A stretch of DNA of 64,000 nucleotides from positions 2,067 to 66,066 of the forward strand of contig CAYOLS010000001.1 of assembly GCA_964404845.1 (NCBI GenBank), in the 5' to 3' direction. The notes beneath the pieces were generated by a model that was given only the letters and a program-made list of their open reading frames with translations, had not been told where the DNA came from and did not search any database. This document shows positions 27,608 to 37,969 of this stretch, piece after piece. The stretch is from an uncultured Ferruginibacter sp. Lineage in GTDB: Bacteria > Bacteroidota > Bacteroidia > Chitinophagales > Chitinophagaceae. Every line of letters begins with the position of its first letter. Position 1 is the stretch's first letter. The position numbers and the translations under genes are program-made.

Positions 27608-28573
27608 CTATGAAAGAGGTTGAAATTGGTAGCTTCCAAAAGCACCCTTAATAAATCCTTTTACCGGGTTGCTGTATTGCATGCTGTTCTTTAAGCGGGT
27701 AAGTACCATGGAAGGTGTAATATCAAAATTACCGGCCAGCGCATCTTTAAATGATACGAACATAAAGCCGAGCTTGCGCAGCTTATTTGTTTTCTGGAAC
27801 AGCACAATTACTCCTGCAAATGCCATAAGGAACCAGGCATAAGCCAGCAGGCCGAGCACTTTGCTATTGAGTTTTGCATTCAGCACCGGGAAACGATTGC
27901 GTACATAGTAATACATTTTCCAGTTGCTGGCATGTTCCCAATCGCCTTTTATGGTAAACCTTGTTGCCGGGTGGTAATGAATACTGCTGGCAATAGTATA
28001 CGCAGGGATATTATTTATTTTGGTAATGCGGTATAAATATTCTGTTTCGTCACCCCATAAAAAGAGTTTTTCTTTTGGCAGGCCAACCCTTTCAATCAGT
28101 TTGCGATGCAGCAGCGTTCCGTTAAACGGATGTGATACACCTTCTATCCTGTTTTCCTTTACTTCTGAATGTTCTTTGTAGGAACCTGTTTTCCAGACAA
28201 AACTTTTTTTATCTTCTTTATCCAGCACTGCACAGTTGAGCAGGCTGACATTACCGTCATCTGCTTTCAATAATTCTTCCAAGGCATTTTGCGCAGGGTA
28301 GCCGTCATCATCCATGCACCATGTCCAGGTATACCCGTTCTTAAATGCAAATTGAATAGCGGCATAAAATCCACCTGCTGATCCTGTATTATTTTGGGAA
28401 ATAAATTGAAGGTCTTTTTGAGTAGAGAGCCAGGCCTCTGTATTATCTGTACTTCCATTATTCACAACCAAAATGGCATCCGGCCTGCGGGTTTGAGCAC
28501 GTAATGCATCAATGCATTCTGATAGTAACTGCTGGCGGTTATAGGTAACCACAACGGCGATGACCTTTTCCAT
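27608..28573 (-). CDS. Glycosyltransferase family 2 (GlfT1/rhamnosyltransferase-like)
   Basis: VVVTYNR, VNNGSTD, NTGSAGGF, WCMDDD, WGDETEY, YYYVRN. Confidence 0.88.
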   Translation of the reverse strand: MEKVIAVVVTYNRQQLLSECIDALRAQTRRPDAILVVNNGSTDNTEAWLSTQKDLQFISQNNTGSAGGFYAAIQFAFKNGYTWTWCMDDDGYPAQNALEELLKADDGNVSLLNCAVLDKEDKKSFVWKTGSYKEHSEVKENRIEGVSHPFNGTLLHRKLIERVGLPKEKLFLWGDETEYLYRITKINNIPAYTIASSIHYHPATRFTIKGDWEHASNWKMYYYVRNRFPVLNAKLNSKVLGLLAYAWFLMAFAGVIVLFQKTNKLRKLGFMFVSFKDALAGNFDITPSMVLTRLKNSMQYSNPVKGFIKGAFGSYQFQPLS

Positions 28574-28613
28574 GGAAGTTTGGGTTTTTGTTGGATGATT
28601 GGACTTGGACCGA

Positions 28614-29915
28614 TTAAGAGGATCTTTTTGAAAGCCTGCGTATTTGCAAACTTAAAACGAAATAATCCCATACGACAACCGGTTGTTTCCACATTGCCAC
28701 GGCAACATTTCCGAAATGTTGCAGCAGTGTTTCTGTAGAACGTTGAGAAACAGCTATTATTGCATATTGCTCGTGAATTTTTTGCCAGATATAATTGCGC
28801 TGGTATTCGCAGATCACTTTCTCTTTCAGCGTTTTGGCCATGTCCTGTACTACCTGCCTGTGGCTGATGGCGTACTGGATAAGGTTTTGCAACTGCATTT
28901 GATTACCGGTAGAGAAGGTAAGCCCGGTTTTATTTTGCTGGATGATATCTATATTACCAGTAATATGGCTGCAGATAACCGGCAATTGCATAGCGCCAGC
29001 CTGCAATAGTACATTAGGGAAACCTTCCCTGTGCGATGCAAAGATGAAGTTATGGGCAAGGCTCATATAGTACTCCACGTCATTGGACCATGGAATATGT
29101 ATAATAGATGCGTTGTTCCTGATCTTGTTGACAGTATCGGCCGGCAATGGATCAAGTGATTCTTCAAAATCCCCTACCAGTATTAATCTTAATGCATCAT
29201 TAGTAGCCTGCAGATTGGTAAATACATTCACTGTTTCTACAATTCCCTTGTCTTTTACCAAGCGGCCGATACTCAGCAGGTAAGTATTGCCTGCATTGTA
29301 ATTGATCTGCGTTTTGATTTGCTCCATTTTAACAGGATCAAGTGCTTCGGCGTTAAAACGGTTGGTATTGATCCCATTCGTAGAGCCGTTGCCGATCATG
29401 TTAAGCTTTGCAGCAGAAGTAAGTTTTTGTTTTTTGATATAATCAAACAGCGACTGGCTGTTGGGCCATACATGGTTGGCAGCACTATAAGTAATTTTTT
29501 CTATTGTTTGCAGCAGCCTGAATTTAAAGCCTGTTTCAACCATCATTGGCAGACCGGCTACTGTGTGTATCCTTGTTTTTACCCCGGTGATCCTTGCTGC
29601 CAGCATCCCGAGTAGGCCGGCTTTTGGTGTGTGAGAATGCACAATATCAGGTTTTTCCCTGCGGAATATTTTTATTAATTGCCAGAGACATTTCAGATCC
29701 TGTATGGGCGTGATCTTCCTTGTCATGGGCACTACAATATGCCTGCATCGCTCTTGTTCCAACACATCCGGCAGCTCCCTTCCATCGGCACTTATCATCA
29801 CTACTTCGTAGCCGTTGTTGCTCATATAATTCATTTGTCCCGGTAGCAGGTAACGCAATGCCATGGGAACAGTAGTTATCCTGATGAGCTTTTGGGGAGA
29901 ATTGTTGTGTTGCAT
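28614..29915 (-). CDS. Glycosyltransferase family 4 (CapM-like), paralogue of 26172-27344
   Basis: KLIRITTVP, HSHTPKAG, GSTNGI, GRLVKDKG, SHREGFPNVLLQ; start MQHN at 29915. Confidence 0.92.
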   Translation of the reverse strand: MQHNNSPQKLIRITTVPMALRYLLPGQMNYMSNNGYEVVMISADGRELPDVLEQERCRHIVVPMTRKITPIQDLKCLWQLIKIFRREKPDIVHSHTPKAGLLGMLAARITGVKTRIHTVAGLPMMVETGFKFRLLQTIEKITYSAANHVWPNSQSLFDYIKKQKLTSAAKLNMIGNGSTNGINTNRFNAEALDPVKMEQIKTQINYNAGNTYLLSIGRLVKDKGIVETVNVFTNLQATNDALRLILVGDFEESLDPLPADTVNKIRNNASIIHIPWSNDVEYYMSLAHNFIFASHREGFPNVLLQAGAMQLPVICSHITGNIDIIQQNKTGLTFSTGNQMQLQNLIQYAISHRQVVQDMAKTLKEKVICEYQRNYIWQKIHEQYAIIAVSQRSTETLLQHFGNVAVAMWKQPVVVWDYFVLSLQIRRLSKRSS

Positions 29916-30153
29916 GATCGAAGAATTTGGCTTAGCTGAAGCGCACAGATCCTGCAATTTTTACTGCCTGGAAGAAACAGGTCATTCAAAATAAGGTGAG
30001 TTGATCATCTCACGACAGTAGCCTGGTTTTTCAACTAATTCAAGAAATTGGATATTACTACAACGCAGCATGGCCAAAAATATTGCACGGAATACACAAA
30101 AAATCAGGGCAATGCCCGGATCACACAATTCATAATATGTTAAAGATGAGTGC

Positions 30154-31311
30154 TCAACTTTCGTCATTGGGGAATATCGGGGCTTTTGTACCCGATTGCA
30201 AGGCTGCTATAAAAGTTTTAGCATAGTCCAATGCTTCGCCGATCACATGATGCATATCCATGTAGCGGTAAGTGGCCAGCCTGCCAAGGAAAGATGTTTT
30301 TTCCAGCTGCTCTGCATCATTGCGGTATTGCATTAAAAGTGTTTTATCCTGCTGCAATCTTTTGGGATAATAAGGAATATCCTCTTCTGTTGTTTCCTTG
30401 CTGAATTCTTTGAAACAGATAGTATCAGCGTGCTTTTCCCAATAAGTAAAATGCTTGTGCTCAGTAATGCGGGTGTGCTCCACATCAGCGTCACAATAAT
30501 TCATTTGGGTTACGCCCTGCATATCACCCTTGCCATAAATGGTTTCAAAAGTAACGGTGCGATAGCCAAGCCTTCCGTACCTGTAGTTAAACCATGCATC
30601 AATAGGACCGGTATAAAAAACATGATCATAGCTGCTGGTATCGTCGCTACCGCTGAATTTTTTATTCAGGGTAACAGTAATCTTTTTGTTATCAATAAAT
30701 TTTTCGATGAGACCTGTATATCCTTCTACCGGAATGCCGGTGTAAATATTGTTATGGTAATTATCGTCGTAATTAAAACGTACAGGAATTCTTTTTAGAA
30801 TAGAAGCAGGCAGTTCTGTTGGTTCGCAGCCCCATTGTTTTTTTGTATAGCCGTAGAAGAAGGCTTTGTACAGGTCTTTGCCAATAAAGCGCATGGCCTG
30901 CTCCTCAAAATTCTGCGGATCTTCAATGGTTTTATCCGCCTTTGTTTCCAAAAATTCCTTTGCTTCTTCCGGTGTAAGTGTTTTGTTGAAGAACTGGTTA
31001 ATAGTGTGGAGGTTCACCGGTAGCGAGTACACTTTACCACTGCTCATCGCTTTTACACGGTGAACATAGGGTTTAAATTCCATGAAGCTGTTCACAAAAT
31101 CCCATATTTCTTTTTTGTCGGTATTAAAAATATGCGGGCCATACTCGTGCACCATGATGCCTGTTTTTTCATCTCTTTGTGTATGGCAGTTGCCTGCGAC
31201 ATGGTCTCTTTCGTCCCAGATATCAATTGTACAGTCAAGTTCATTGGAAAGCCTGTTGGCAAGTACAGTACCAGAGAGTCCGGCACCGATGATTAGGAAT
31301 TTATGCGCCAC
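30154..31311 (-). CDS. glf: UDP-galactopyranose mutase
   Basis: IIGAGLSG, GNCH, YGPHIFNT, YTKKQWG, TRITEHKHF, PYYP, GRLATYRYMDMH. Confidence 0.96.
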   Translation of the reverse strand: MAHKFLIIGAGLSGTVLANRLSNELDCTIDIWDERDHVAGNCHTQRDEKTGIMVHEYGPHIFNTDKKEIWDFVNSFMEFKPYVHRVKAMSSGKVYSLPVNLHTINQFFNKTLTPEEAKEFLETKADKTIEDPQNFEEQAMRFIGKDLYKAFFYGYTKKQWGCEPTELPASILKRIPVRFNYDDNYHNNIYTGIPVEGYTGLIEKFIDNKKITVTLNKKFSGSDDTSSYDHVFYTGPIDAWFNYRYGRLGYRTVTFETIYGKGDMQGVTQMNYCDADVEHTRITEHKHFTYWEKHADTICFKEFSKETTEEDIPYYPKRLQQDKTLLMQYRNDAEQLEKTSFLGRLATYRYMDMHHVIGEALDYAKTFIAALQSGTKAPIFPNDES

Positions 31312-31419
31312 TATTTATTTTTTAGTTATTGCAAAATAAAATAATCTAAACAAAATCATTGAAATATTAATTAATTTGTGTTGAACAAGTCCTTGGTTTA
31401 TTAAAACCTGTGAGCATCA

Positions 31420-32763
31420 ATGAGCATATTTGACTTTATTGCATTCTTTATTTACACTTTTATTTTCTCTTTTATTTTTTCTCTTTCCAGGAAAAAGATC
31501 AAGAGCGCTTCTCTCAGGCGGCATCACAGGAATGCATTCTGGTTAAAGGTGATTTCCTCTTTTGCTTTTGCCATATTTGTATTATACATTTCTAAAGGCG
31601 ACACTACCACACTATATTACCCCGAAGGATACAATCTTTATAAAAAAGTGCTGACGGATTCCGACAACCTTTCCCTGCTGTTTGGATCGGGAACGGATAT
31701 TGATTCCGGAATGCTTGCCAATCCCAATCAATATGGCTATTTCAGGGATGACAGTAATTTCATGGTAATACGCCTTACGGCCATCTTTTGTTTTTTTGCT
31801 TTTGGGAAATACATGGTCATCAATCTCATATTTGCTATGATTGCTTTTTCGGGTATATGGAAACTGTTCCAGTTCTTTGTTACGCAGTACCCCGAACTTG
31901 AAAAGCAATTTGCAATTGCCATTCTTTATTTACCCACTTTCACTTTCTGGAGTTCGGGTATTATGAAAGATCCTATATCGATCGCCTGTCTTGGATGGTT
32001 TACCTATTCCATGTATGAATTGGTTGTTCTGAAAAAAGGGTTCATCAAAAATGCCCTGATCGTATTATTGACTATTTATGCTTTTACCATTATCAAAATT
32101 TACATATTGGTGGCTTACCTGCCGGCCCTGGTAATTTTTCTTTTGTTGGTAAATGCACAGCTTGTTAAGAATACATTTGGGAAAATAATCCTGGTGGGAG
32201 GTTTTTTGATAGGTAGTATCATTGGCTTCTCCTTTATCAGCTCATCTATGCAAAATGCAGTGGTAGATTATGCCGGCGAAGATATCACAGAGGGTATTGT
32301 GGGTTACCAGAAAAACTATACCAGGCAACAGGAAAAAATGGAAGGCTCTTATTTTTCACTGGGTGTTGAATTTGACGGATCGCTTGGAAGCCTGGCAAAG
32401 GTGGCCCCGGCAGCCATTGTAGCTACATTCTTCCGCCCGTTTTTATGGGAATCAAGAAATGTATCTACCTTACTTTCATCATTCGAAAGTCTTGCCCTAT
32501 TATTATTCACACTATATGTATTGAGAAAGGTCGGGATAAAGCAATTTATTTTTACGATCTTCAAAAAACCGATCGTATTGTATTGCTTTATGTTTTCGAT
32601 GATATTTGCACTTTTCGTAGGTGCTACCACTTTAAATTTCGGAACCTTGGTGCGGTACAAAATTCCCTGTATGCCTTTTTATGTGATCTCCCTGTTCTTT
32701 ATTCTTTATTTTGACAGGAAGAGAAAGGAGACAATTGCAGCCGGGGCCTCAATTGCTGCCTAA
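31420..32763 (+). CDS. Polytopic membrane protein, GT-C/Wzy-like (paralogue A)
   Basis: About 10 hydrophobic segments; GD-x4-YY in the first loop, FWSSGIMKD, FFRPFLWE, NFGTLVRYK; glycan-locus context. Confidence 0.6.
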   Translation: MSIFDFIAFFIYTFIFSFIFSLSRKKIKSASLRRHHRNAFWLKVISSFAFAIFVLYISKGDTTTLYYPEGYNLYKKVLTDSDNLSLLFGSGTDIDSGMLANPNQYGYFRDDSNFMVIRLTAIFCFFAFGKYMVINLIFAMIAFSGIWKLFQFFVTQYPELEKQFAIAILYLPTFTFWSSGIMKDPISIACLGWFTYSMYELVVLKKGFIKNALIVLLTIYAFTIIKIYILVAYLPALVIFLLLVNAQLVKNTFGKIILVGGFLIGSIIGFSFISSSMQNAVVDYAGEDITEGIVGYQKNYTRQQEKMEGSYFSLGVEFDGSLGSLAKVAPAAIVATFFRPFLWESRNVSTLLSSFESLALLLFTLYVLRKVGIKQFIFTIFKKPIVLYCFMFSMIFALFVGATTLNFGTLVRYKIPCMPFYVISLFFILYFDRKRKETIAAGASIAA

Positions 32764-33987
32764 TATTGCATTGTATATCCTGGTATAAGCCTCTATTGCA
32801 TTGCCAAGTGAATATATCTTACCGGCGGCTTCCCTAATTTTTTCCTTCGAAAACAGTGTTCCATTTTTTATCTCTGCAATTATCTTATTAAATGATTCAT
32901 CAGAAAAATCATCTGTTATAAAACCGGCATTATTGCCTCTGACGATGTCCTGCATATCCCCCACACCACCGTTTGTTATTACCGGTATACCTAAAGCCAT
33001 CAGCTCACCATGCTTGGTAGGCGAAGAAGATAATTTTGAAAAACAGGGTTTAATAAAAAACAAAGAATAACTACTGAAGGAAGCCAGCACCGGCACTTCT
33101 TTACGGGAAGCTTTTACAGTAATGATCTTTTCGGCGGTGATATTATAGGTAGCAGCCGCTGCCAGTATTTGTTCATGGCGATGGGGGGAAATAAACAAAA
33201 AGCGGGCTGCAGGAATTTGATCCGACAGCAACTTACAAAAGCGCAGCATTTCCGCAGTTAGGTACCAGCCACCGATCGAGCCCAAATAACTTATGATAAA
33301 ATCATCTTCTTTGATTCCTAATTGCTGTACATAGGTTGCTTTCTTTTTTTTATCGATAGCAGCAGGATCAAACAGTTCAAGATCGGCGCTGCAGGGTATT
33401 ACTTCCAATGGTGTTTGTTTGTTATAAGCCGGCCATTCTTTAATGATCTTTTCTGCTGCATGCGTCAGGCATACGATGCCATCGCTTTCCTTCAGCTCCT
33501 GCATTTCCTGCTTCTTGAAGTATTTATAAATATTCCTGTACAAAAAAGAGGATTGATTCCACATACCGCCATCTACCCTGCTATCTGCATAAAATTCCCT
33601 TATGTCATTCAGGAAAGCAACTCCGTATTTTTTTTTGAGCCACAGCCCAACCATCGAAGGAATTCCCGGCCGGGTATGTACCATACGAAAATTGGTCTCC
33701 CGGTATATTTTTTTTGCTGCTTTTTTTAGCTGGTAAATATCATAGAGTGTTGACAATACCGGCGGTTTCTTTGTGTACATAATGGGCCGCCAGCTGATAT
33801 TGCTTTCTTTCAGAATTGCCCGAATATTTTCTTTCCCGGCTTCATATACTTCTGGTTTTTCACAACTCAGTAAAGTAATAGCAAACCCATTTGCAACAAG
33901 TCCTTGCAAATATGGTATTACCTGGCTCTGGCCAAGAGGGTCGGTCATGCCATCGTAAGAAATAAATAATACGTGGGGTTTGTTCAT
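32749..33987 (-). CDS. Glycosyltransferase family 4
   Basis: SYDGMTDPLGQSQV, VIPCSAD, YLGSIGGWY, SSPTKHGELMALGIPV, GVGD. Confidence 0.88.
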   Translation of the reverse strand: MNKPHVLFISYDGMTDPLGQSQVIPYLQGLVANGFAITLLSCEKPEVYEAGKENIRAILKESNISWRPIMYTKKPPVLSTLYDIYQLKKAAKKIYRETNFRMVHTRPGIPSMVGLWLKKKYGVAFLNDIREFYADSRVDGGMWNQSSFLYRNIYKYFKKQEMQELKESDGIVCLTHAAEKIIKEWPAYNKQTPLEVIPCSADLELFDPAAIDKKKKATYVQQLGIKEDDFIISYLGSIGGWYLTAEMLRFCKLLSDQIPAARFLFISPHRHEQILAAAATYNITAEKIITVKASRKEVPVLASFSSYSLFFIKPCFSKLSSSPTKHGELMALGIPVITNGGVGDMQDIVRGNNAGFITDDFSDESFNKIIAEIKNGTLFSKEKIREAAGKIYSLGNAIEAYTRIYNAILGSN

Positions 33988-35891
33988 TATTTCATCCAGC
34001 GCTGGTACCACAATTGAAACATCAGGATAAACCATATTTTTTCTGCCCTTTCTACTCTTCCCTTATAAAAAGAATTGCGAAGACGCTGCACCTCGTTATT
34101 ATTGAAGATACCTTGTTTTTCAATATAGGCATCATCAAAAAACTCATCCACAAAAGGCTTCAGCTCATCCAGCAGCCATTTGTCGATTGGTATACCAAAG
34201 CCCATTTTGGGGCGATCCATTATTTCTTTAGGGATGTACTTGTGTACGATCTCTTTTAAAATAATTTTCTTTTGCCCTTTGTTGTATTTGTATTCCATGG
34301 GTAACTGTGCAGCCCATTCAATAATGCGCTGGTCGAGAAAAGGTTCCCTTCCTTCAAGGCTCACACTCATGCCCGCCCTGTCCACTTTTTGCAGGATATC
34401 GTCCAGCAGGTAGGTTTGATAATCCACTGCCATTATATAATCCAGTATAGAGAAATAAGGTTTTTGTAATTCATCGCTGTCGAGCCCTGTAATGATCTTC
34501 CCTGTTTTTTCTTTGAAAAGCATAGCAATATCATTATCGGACATATGCTTTGTAAGACTTACCAGTATATTTTTCTCAGAAGGATTTTTTAGGAATGATT
34601 TTATTTTTTCGTAGCGGCTGCTAAACAGGTATTTTTTGTTGAATATAGGAATACTCTTTGCCGGGACCTTTTCCATTGCTGCCGCTGCTAATTTTCTCAG
34701 TCCGCCCGGTATTTGCTGCATTCTTTTGCCATACTTCATCACATAATCATAGCGGTTGTAACCTGCAAATATTTCATCGCCGGCATCTGCAGATAATGCT
34801 ACGGTTACTTTTTCCCGGGCTACCCTGCTTACAAGGGTTGTGGGGATAGCACTACTATCGGCAAAGGGCTCATCGTAATAATAAGGAAGATCGGGGACGA
34901 TCTCGATTGCTTCTTTTTGTGTACAATAATACTCTGTATGATCGGTGTCCAGATATGCTGCAATTTCTTTTGCATAAGGCGCTTCATTCAAACCAGCATC
35001 AGGCACACCGATCGTAAAGGTCTTTATCTTTTCCGTATTGTTTTTTTGCAGAATGGCCGTTACACAGGAACTATCGTAGCCCCCACTCAAAAATACGCCT
35101 ACCGGCACATCACTCACCATACGGTACTGAAATGCGCTTACGAGTAATTTTTCTGTTTCAGTCACAGCTTCTTCATAACTGATATCCAGCGTAGGTTTAT
35201 TGTACGCATCGTACACATTCCAGTATTGCTGAGTTGTAATGGATCGTGTTTTAATATCCAGTTCAAGGTAATGACCGGGCTTTAGTTTATGTGTATCCTG
35301 AAATATACAATGAGGCGTGGGCACATACCCGAACTGCATATATGCAGCTAGGGCATCCATGTTAATATTTTTCTTAAAAGCCGGATGCTTCATCAGGCTT
35401 TTTAATTCAGAACCAAATAAAAAGAGCCCATCTTTCCAGTAGTAATTAAAAGGTTTTACGCCAGCCCTGTCACGGCAGCAAAACACTTTGTTCTTATTGG
35501 TATCGTAAATAACAAAGGCAAACATGCCAATGAATTTTTGCAGCATGCCGGCGCCCCATTCCTGCCAGGCATGCAGGATCACTTCTGTATCGGAATGAGT
35601 TACAAACTGGTGACCCGATCGTACGAGTTCATCTTTTATTTCATTATAGTTGTAAATTTCACCGTTAAATACGATCCAGTTGCCCTTGTATTCCATAGGC
35701 TGTCCCGCCGCATTGCTAAGATCAATGATGGATAAACGGCGATGCCCCAATCCTACCTGGCAACTATCTGTTTCCATTAGTTTTGTCCCGCTTCCGTCGG
35801 GACCTCTATGCGCCATTTCATTGGTACATTTGCTTAAAATATCTTCTGAAGAATTTTTCTTAAAATCTATTAATCCTGCTATACCGCACAT
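33987..35891 (-). CDS. asnB: Asparagine synthase (glutamine-hydrolysing) family amidotransferase, glycan-associated
   Basis: N-terminal MCGIAG, HRGPD, FNGEIYN, LSGGYDSS, DEPFADSS, KVDRAGM, KMGFGIP. Confidence 0.93.
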   Translation of the reverse strand: MCGIAGLIDFKKNSSEDILSKCTNEMAHRGPDGSGTKLMETDSCQVGLGHRRLSIIDLSNAAGQPMEYKGNWIVFNGEIYNYNEIKDELVRSGHQFVTHSDTEVILHAWQEWGAGMLQKFIGMFAFVIYDTNKNKVFCCRDRAGVKPFNYYWKDGLFLFGSELKSLMKHPAFKKNINMDALAAYMQFGYVPTPHCIFQDTHKLKPGHYLELDIKTRSITTQQYWNVYDAYNKPTLDISYEEAVTETEKLLVSAFQYRMVSDVPVGVFLSGGYDSSCVTAILQKNNTEKIKTFTIGVPDAGLNEAPYAKEIAAYLDTDHTEYYCTQKEAIEIVPDLPYYYDEPFADSSAIPTTLVSRVAREKVTVALSADAGDEIFAGYNRYDYVMKYGKRMQQIPGGLRKLAAAAMEKVPAKSIPIFNKKYLFSSRYEKIKSFLKNPSEKNILVSLTKHMSDNDIAMLFKEKTGKIITGLDSDELQKPYFSILDYIMAVDYQTYLLDDILQKVDRAGMSVSLEGREPFLDQRIIEWAAQLPMEYKYNKGQKKIILKEIVHKYIPKEIMDRPKMGFGIPIDKWLLDELKPFVDEFFDDAYIEKQGIFNNNEVQRLRNSFYKGRVERAEKIWFILMFQLWYQRWMK

Positions 35892-35914
35892 ACATATACT
35901 GTTTATTAATTCTC

Positions 35915-36982
35915 TTAGGGCTGTTTCATTTCAGCCTCGTAAACCTCTTTCAGCTTTTTTAAATAATGTTCAGGTGTAAAGTTATGAATCATACGGTTAT
36001 ATCCCATTAAACCTAACTTGTCCATTTGTTGCCTGTCGGCAATCATTGCTTTTAACTTATCAGCAAAATCTTTGGGATTCTGCAAGTCAAAATATACAGC
36101 AGCATCCAGGCACTGTTCCCTGAAGGATGGGATATCACTTAACAACAATGGACGTTTTTGTGCCATGGCTTCCAGTACGCTCACAGAAAATCCTTCAAAC
36201 TTTGAAGGCATGGTAAATATATCATACCCTCCCATTAGTGCCGGAATATTATTTACCTGGCCTTTAAGATCAACTTTGACACCTGCATTTTCGATCTGGC
36301 TTTTCAAATTATCATATTCATCCCCGTTTCCATATATATCAACAAAAATATTTTCATTCTTCAGGTAACCAAAAGCTTCAATAAGGTAGTGGAAATTTTT
36401 ATTCTTCCTTAAAGAGCCTACTGTTATCAAAGCAATTTTACCGGCAGGCTTTTGCTCAATAGTTGTAACCGAAGGAGATACATTGGCATAAGTATAGATA
36501 ACAGTTGCTTTACCAGGCTTTATGTTCAATACAGAAAAATAATCATTAAGCGCCTGCTGAGAGACACCTATGATGGTTGATCGCCTGGAATTGTAAGTAT
36601 ACCTATCCAGCCATTTGATGTACCATTTTTTATAATCTACCGCTGCAGAAATAGCTGTGTGTATAGTCGTCACCAATGGAACAGAAGGGGGTGCAGCCAA
36701 CCTAGCTGCAAAATTACTTTGCGGAAGATGGGAGTGGATAAGATCGGGCTTAATGTCCTTAATAATTTTTTTCAGCTTTATTACTGATAGCGGTAAGGTT
36801 AGCAGCGATCTTGTATGAAGACAAATGAGTTCGTTGCATTGTAGCTCCTGCTCAAAATGATTAACAGGCGAAAATATAACTACTACATTTTTATACTCTT
36901 TAAGATGTGGCAAAGCACCCACCAGCATCGTTTCTGCTCCGCCACGACCGAGACTATAAATTATGTGTAGAATTGTTTTCAT
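35915..36982 (-). CDS. Glycosyltransferase family 4
   Basis: LGRGGAE, VGSLRKNKN, PSKFEGFSVSVLEAMA. Confidence 0.92.
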   Translation of the reverse strand: MKTILHIIYSLGRGGAETMLVGALPHLKEYKNVVVIFSPVNHFEQELQCNELICLHTRSLLTLPLSVIKLKKIIKDIKPDLIHSHLPQSNFAARLAAPPSVPLVTTIHTAISAAVDYKKWYIKWLDRYTYNSRRSTIIGVSQQALNDYFSVLNIKPGKATVIYTYANVSPSVTTIEQKPAGKIALITVGSLRKNKNFHYLIEAFGYLKNENIFVDIYGNGDEYDNLKSQIENAGVKVDLKGQVNNIPALMGGYDIFTMPSKFEGFSVSVLEAMAQKRPLLLSDIPSFREQCLDAAVYFDLQNPKDFADKLKAMIADRQQMDKLGLMGYNRMIHNFTPEHYLKKLKEVYEAEMKQP

Positions 36983-36989
36983 GAATTCG

Positions 36990-37952
36990 TTAAAACAGCT
37001 TTTGTTTTATTTTTTTTATAATGGCCTTTGCCATTGTACCCAGGGGAACGCTTGTAGCATAAAAGGATACTTTCTTTCTTTCCCGGCAGCTGTTTTGTAA
37101 GAATAAAAAAACGTGGTCTTCTATTTCAATGACGTCATTCTTAAAGACCGCAATATCTGCAGGACCATCACCGGCGTTGGCCAATAAGTGATCTTCGATT
37201 GCCATCATGTAGCGGGATTTTAATAACTGTTGCTTTTCCGGTGGCAATAATTTGTATAATATTTTGTACCCTGCTACTGTTTTTTCTGCGATTTGCTTGC
37301 CAGATGTACCAGACCATACGCCGCCCTGGTGAATACGATACACCGCCATTTTTTCTTTGAAAAACCGGATGCGTCCGGAACCGGTAACCACCACATAAGT
37401 GATTAAATCAAGAAAGGGAGAATCTTTTGCACTCCGGATAAAATCAATAATACCATCGGCATTGCGAAACATTACAGACAGTGTTTTTATATACCCCCTG
37501 TTTGAAAGCAGGTGATCAAGATCGGATGTTTCCGGGGCATCCCATATAGATGACTTTGTTTTTTTCCCGTTCAGTTCGTTGTAAACATCATGAAAGCAGA
37601 GGTTGTAACCGGGATTTTCGAAAAGGAATTTTGCCTGTTTCTCCAGTTTAGCCGGATCGGTCCAGTAGTCATCTCCTTCACATAATGCTATAAACTTCCC
37701 TGTACAGGCCTTTAATGTAGCAATATAATTGCCCGACATGCCTTTATTTCCTGTAAAGGGAAGCAATTTGATCTTATCCGGGTATTTTGCCTGGTAGATT
37801 TCGCAAATTTTCCTGGTATTGTCTGTACTTCCATCTTCTCCTATTACCAATTCATAGGAGAAAGCAGTCTTTTGCATCAACACTCCTTCAATGGCCTTAC
37901 TAATAAAGGCTTCATGATTATAAGTGATCATACAAATGCTGATGTCTGGCAT
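36990..37952 (-). CDS. Glycosyltransferase family 2
   Basis: ITYNHE, GEDGSTD, CEGDDYW, YRIHQGG. Confidence 0.92.
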   Translation of the reverse strand: MPDISICMITYNHEAFISKAIEGVLMQKTAFSYELVIGEDGSTDNTRKICEIYQAKYPDKIKLLPFTGNKGMSGNYIATLKACTGKFIALCEGDDYWTDPAKLEKQAKFLFENPGYNLCFHDVYNELNGKKTKSSIWDAPETSDLDHLLSNRGYIKTLSVMFRNADGIIDFIRSAKDSPFLDLITYVVVTGSGRIRFFKEKMAVYRIHQGGVWSGTSGKQIAEKTVAGYKILYKLLPPEKQQLLKSRYMMAIEDHLLANAGDGPADIAVFKNDVIEIEDHVFLFLQNSCRERKKVSFYATSVPLGTMAKAIIKKIKQKLF

Positions 37953-37969
37953 GTATATTTATTTCTTTA

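Noticed and set aside
29982-30167. 61-aa ORF as a leader peptide in the glf-GT4 gap
   Set aside because: It overlaps the glf 3' end and has no motif or attenuator structure that I can support.
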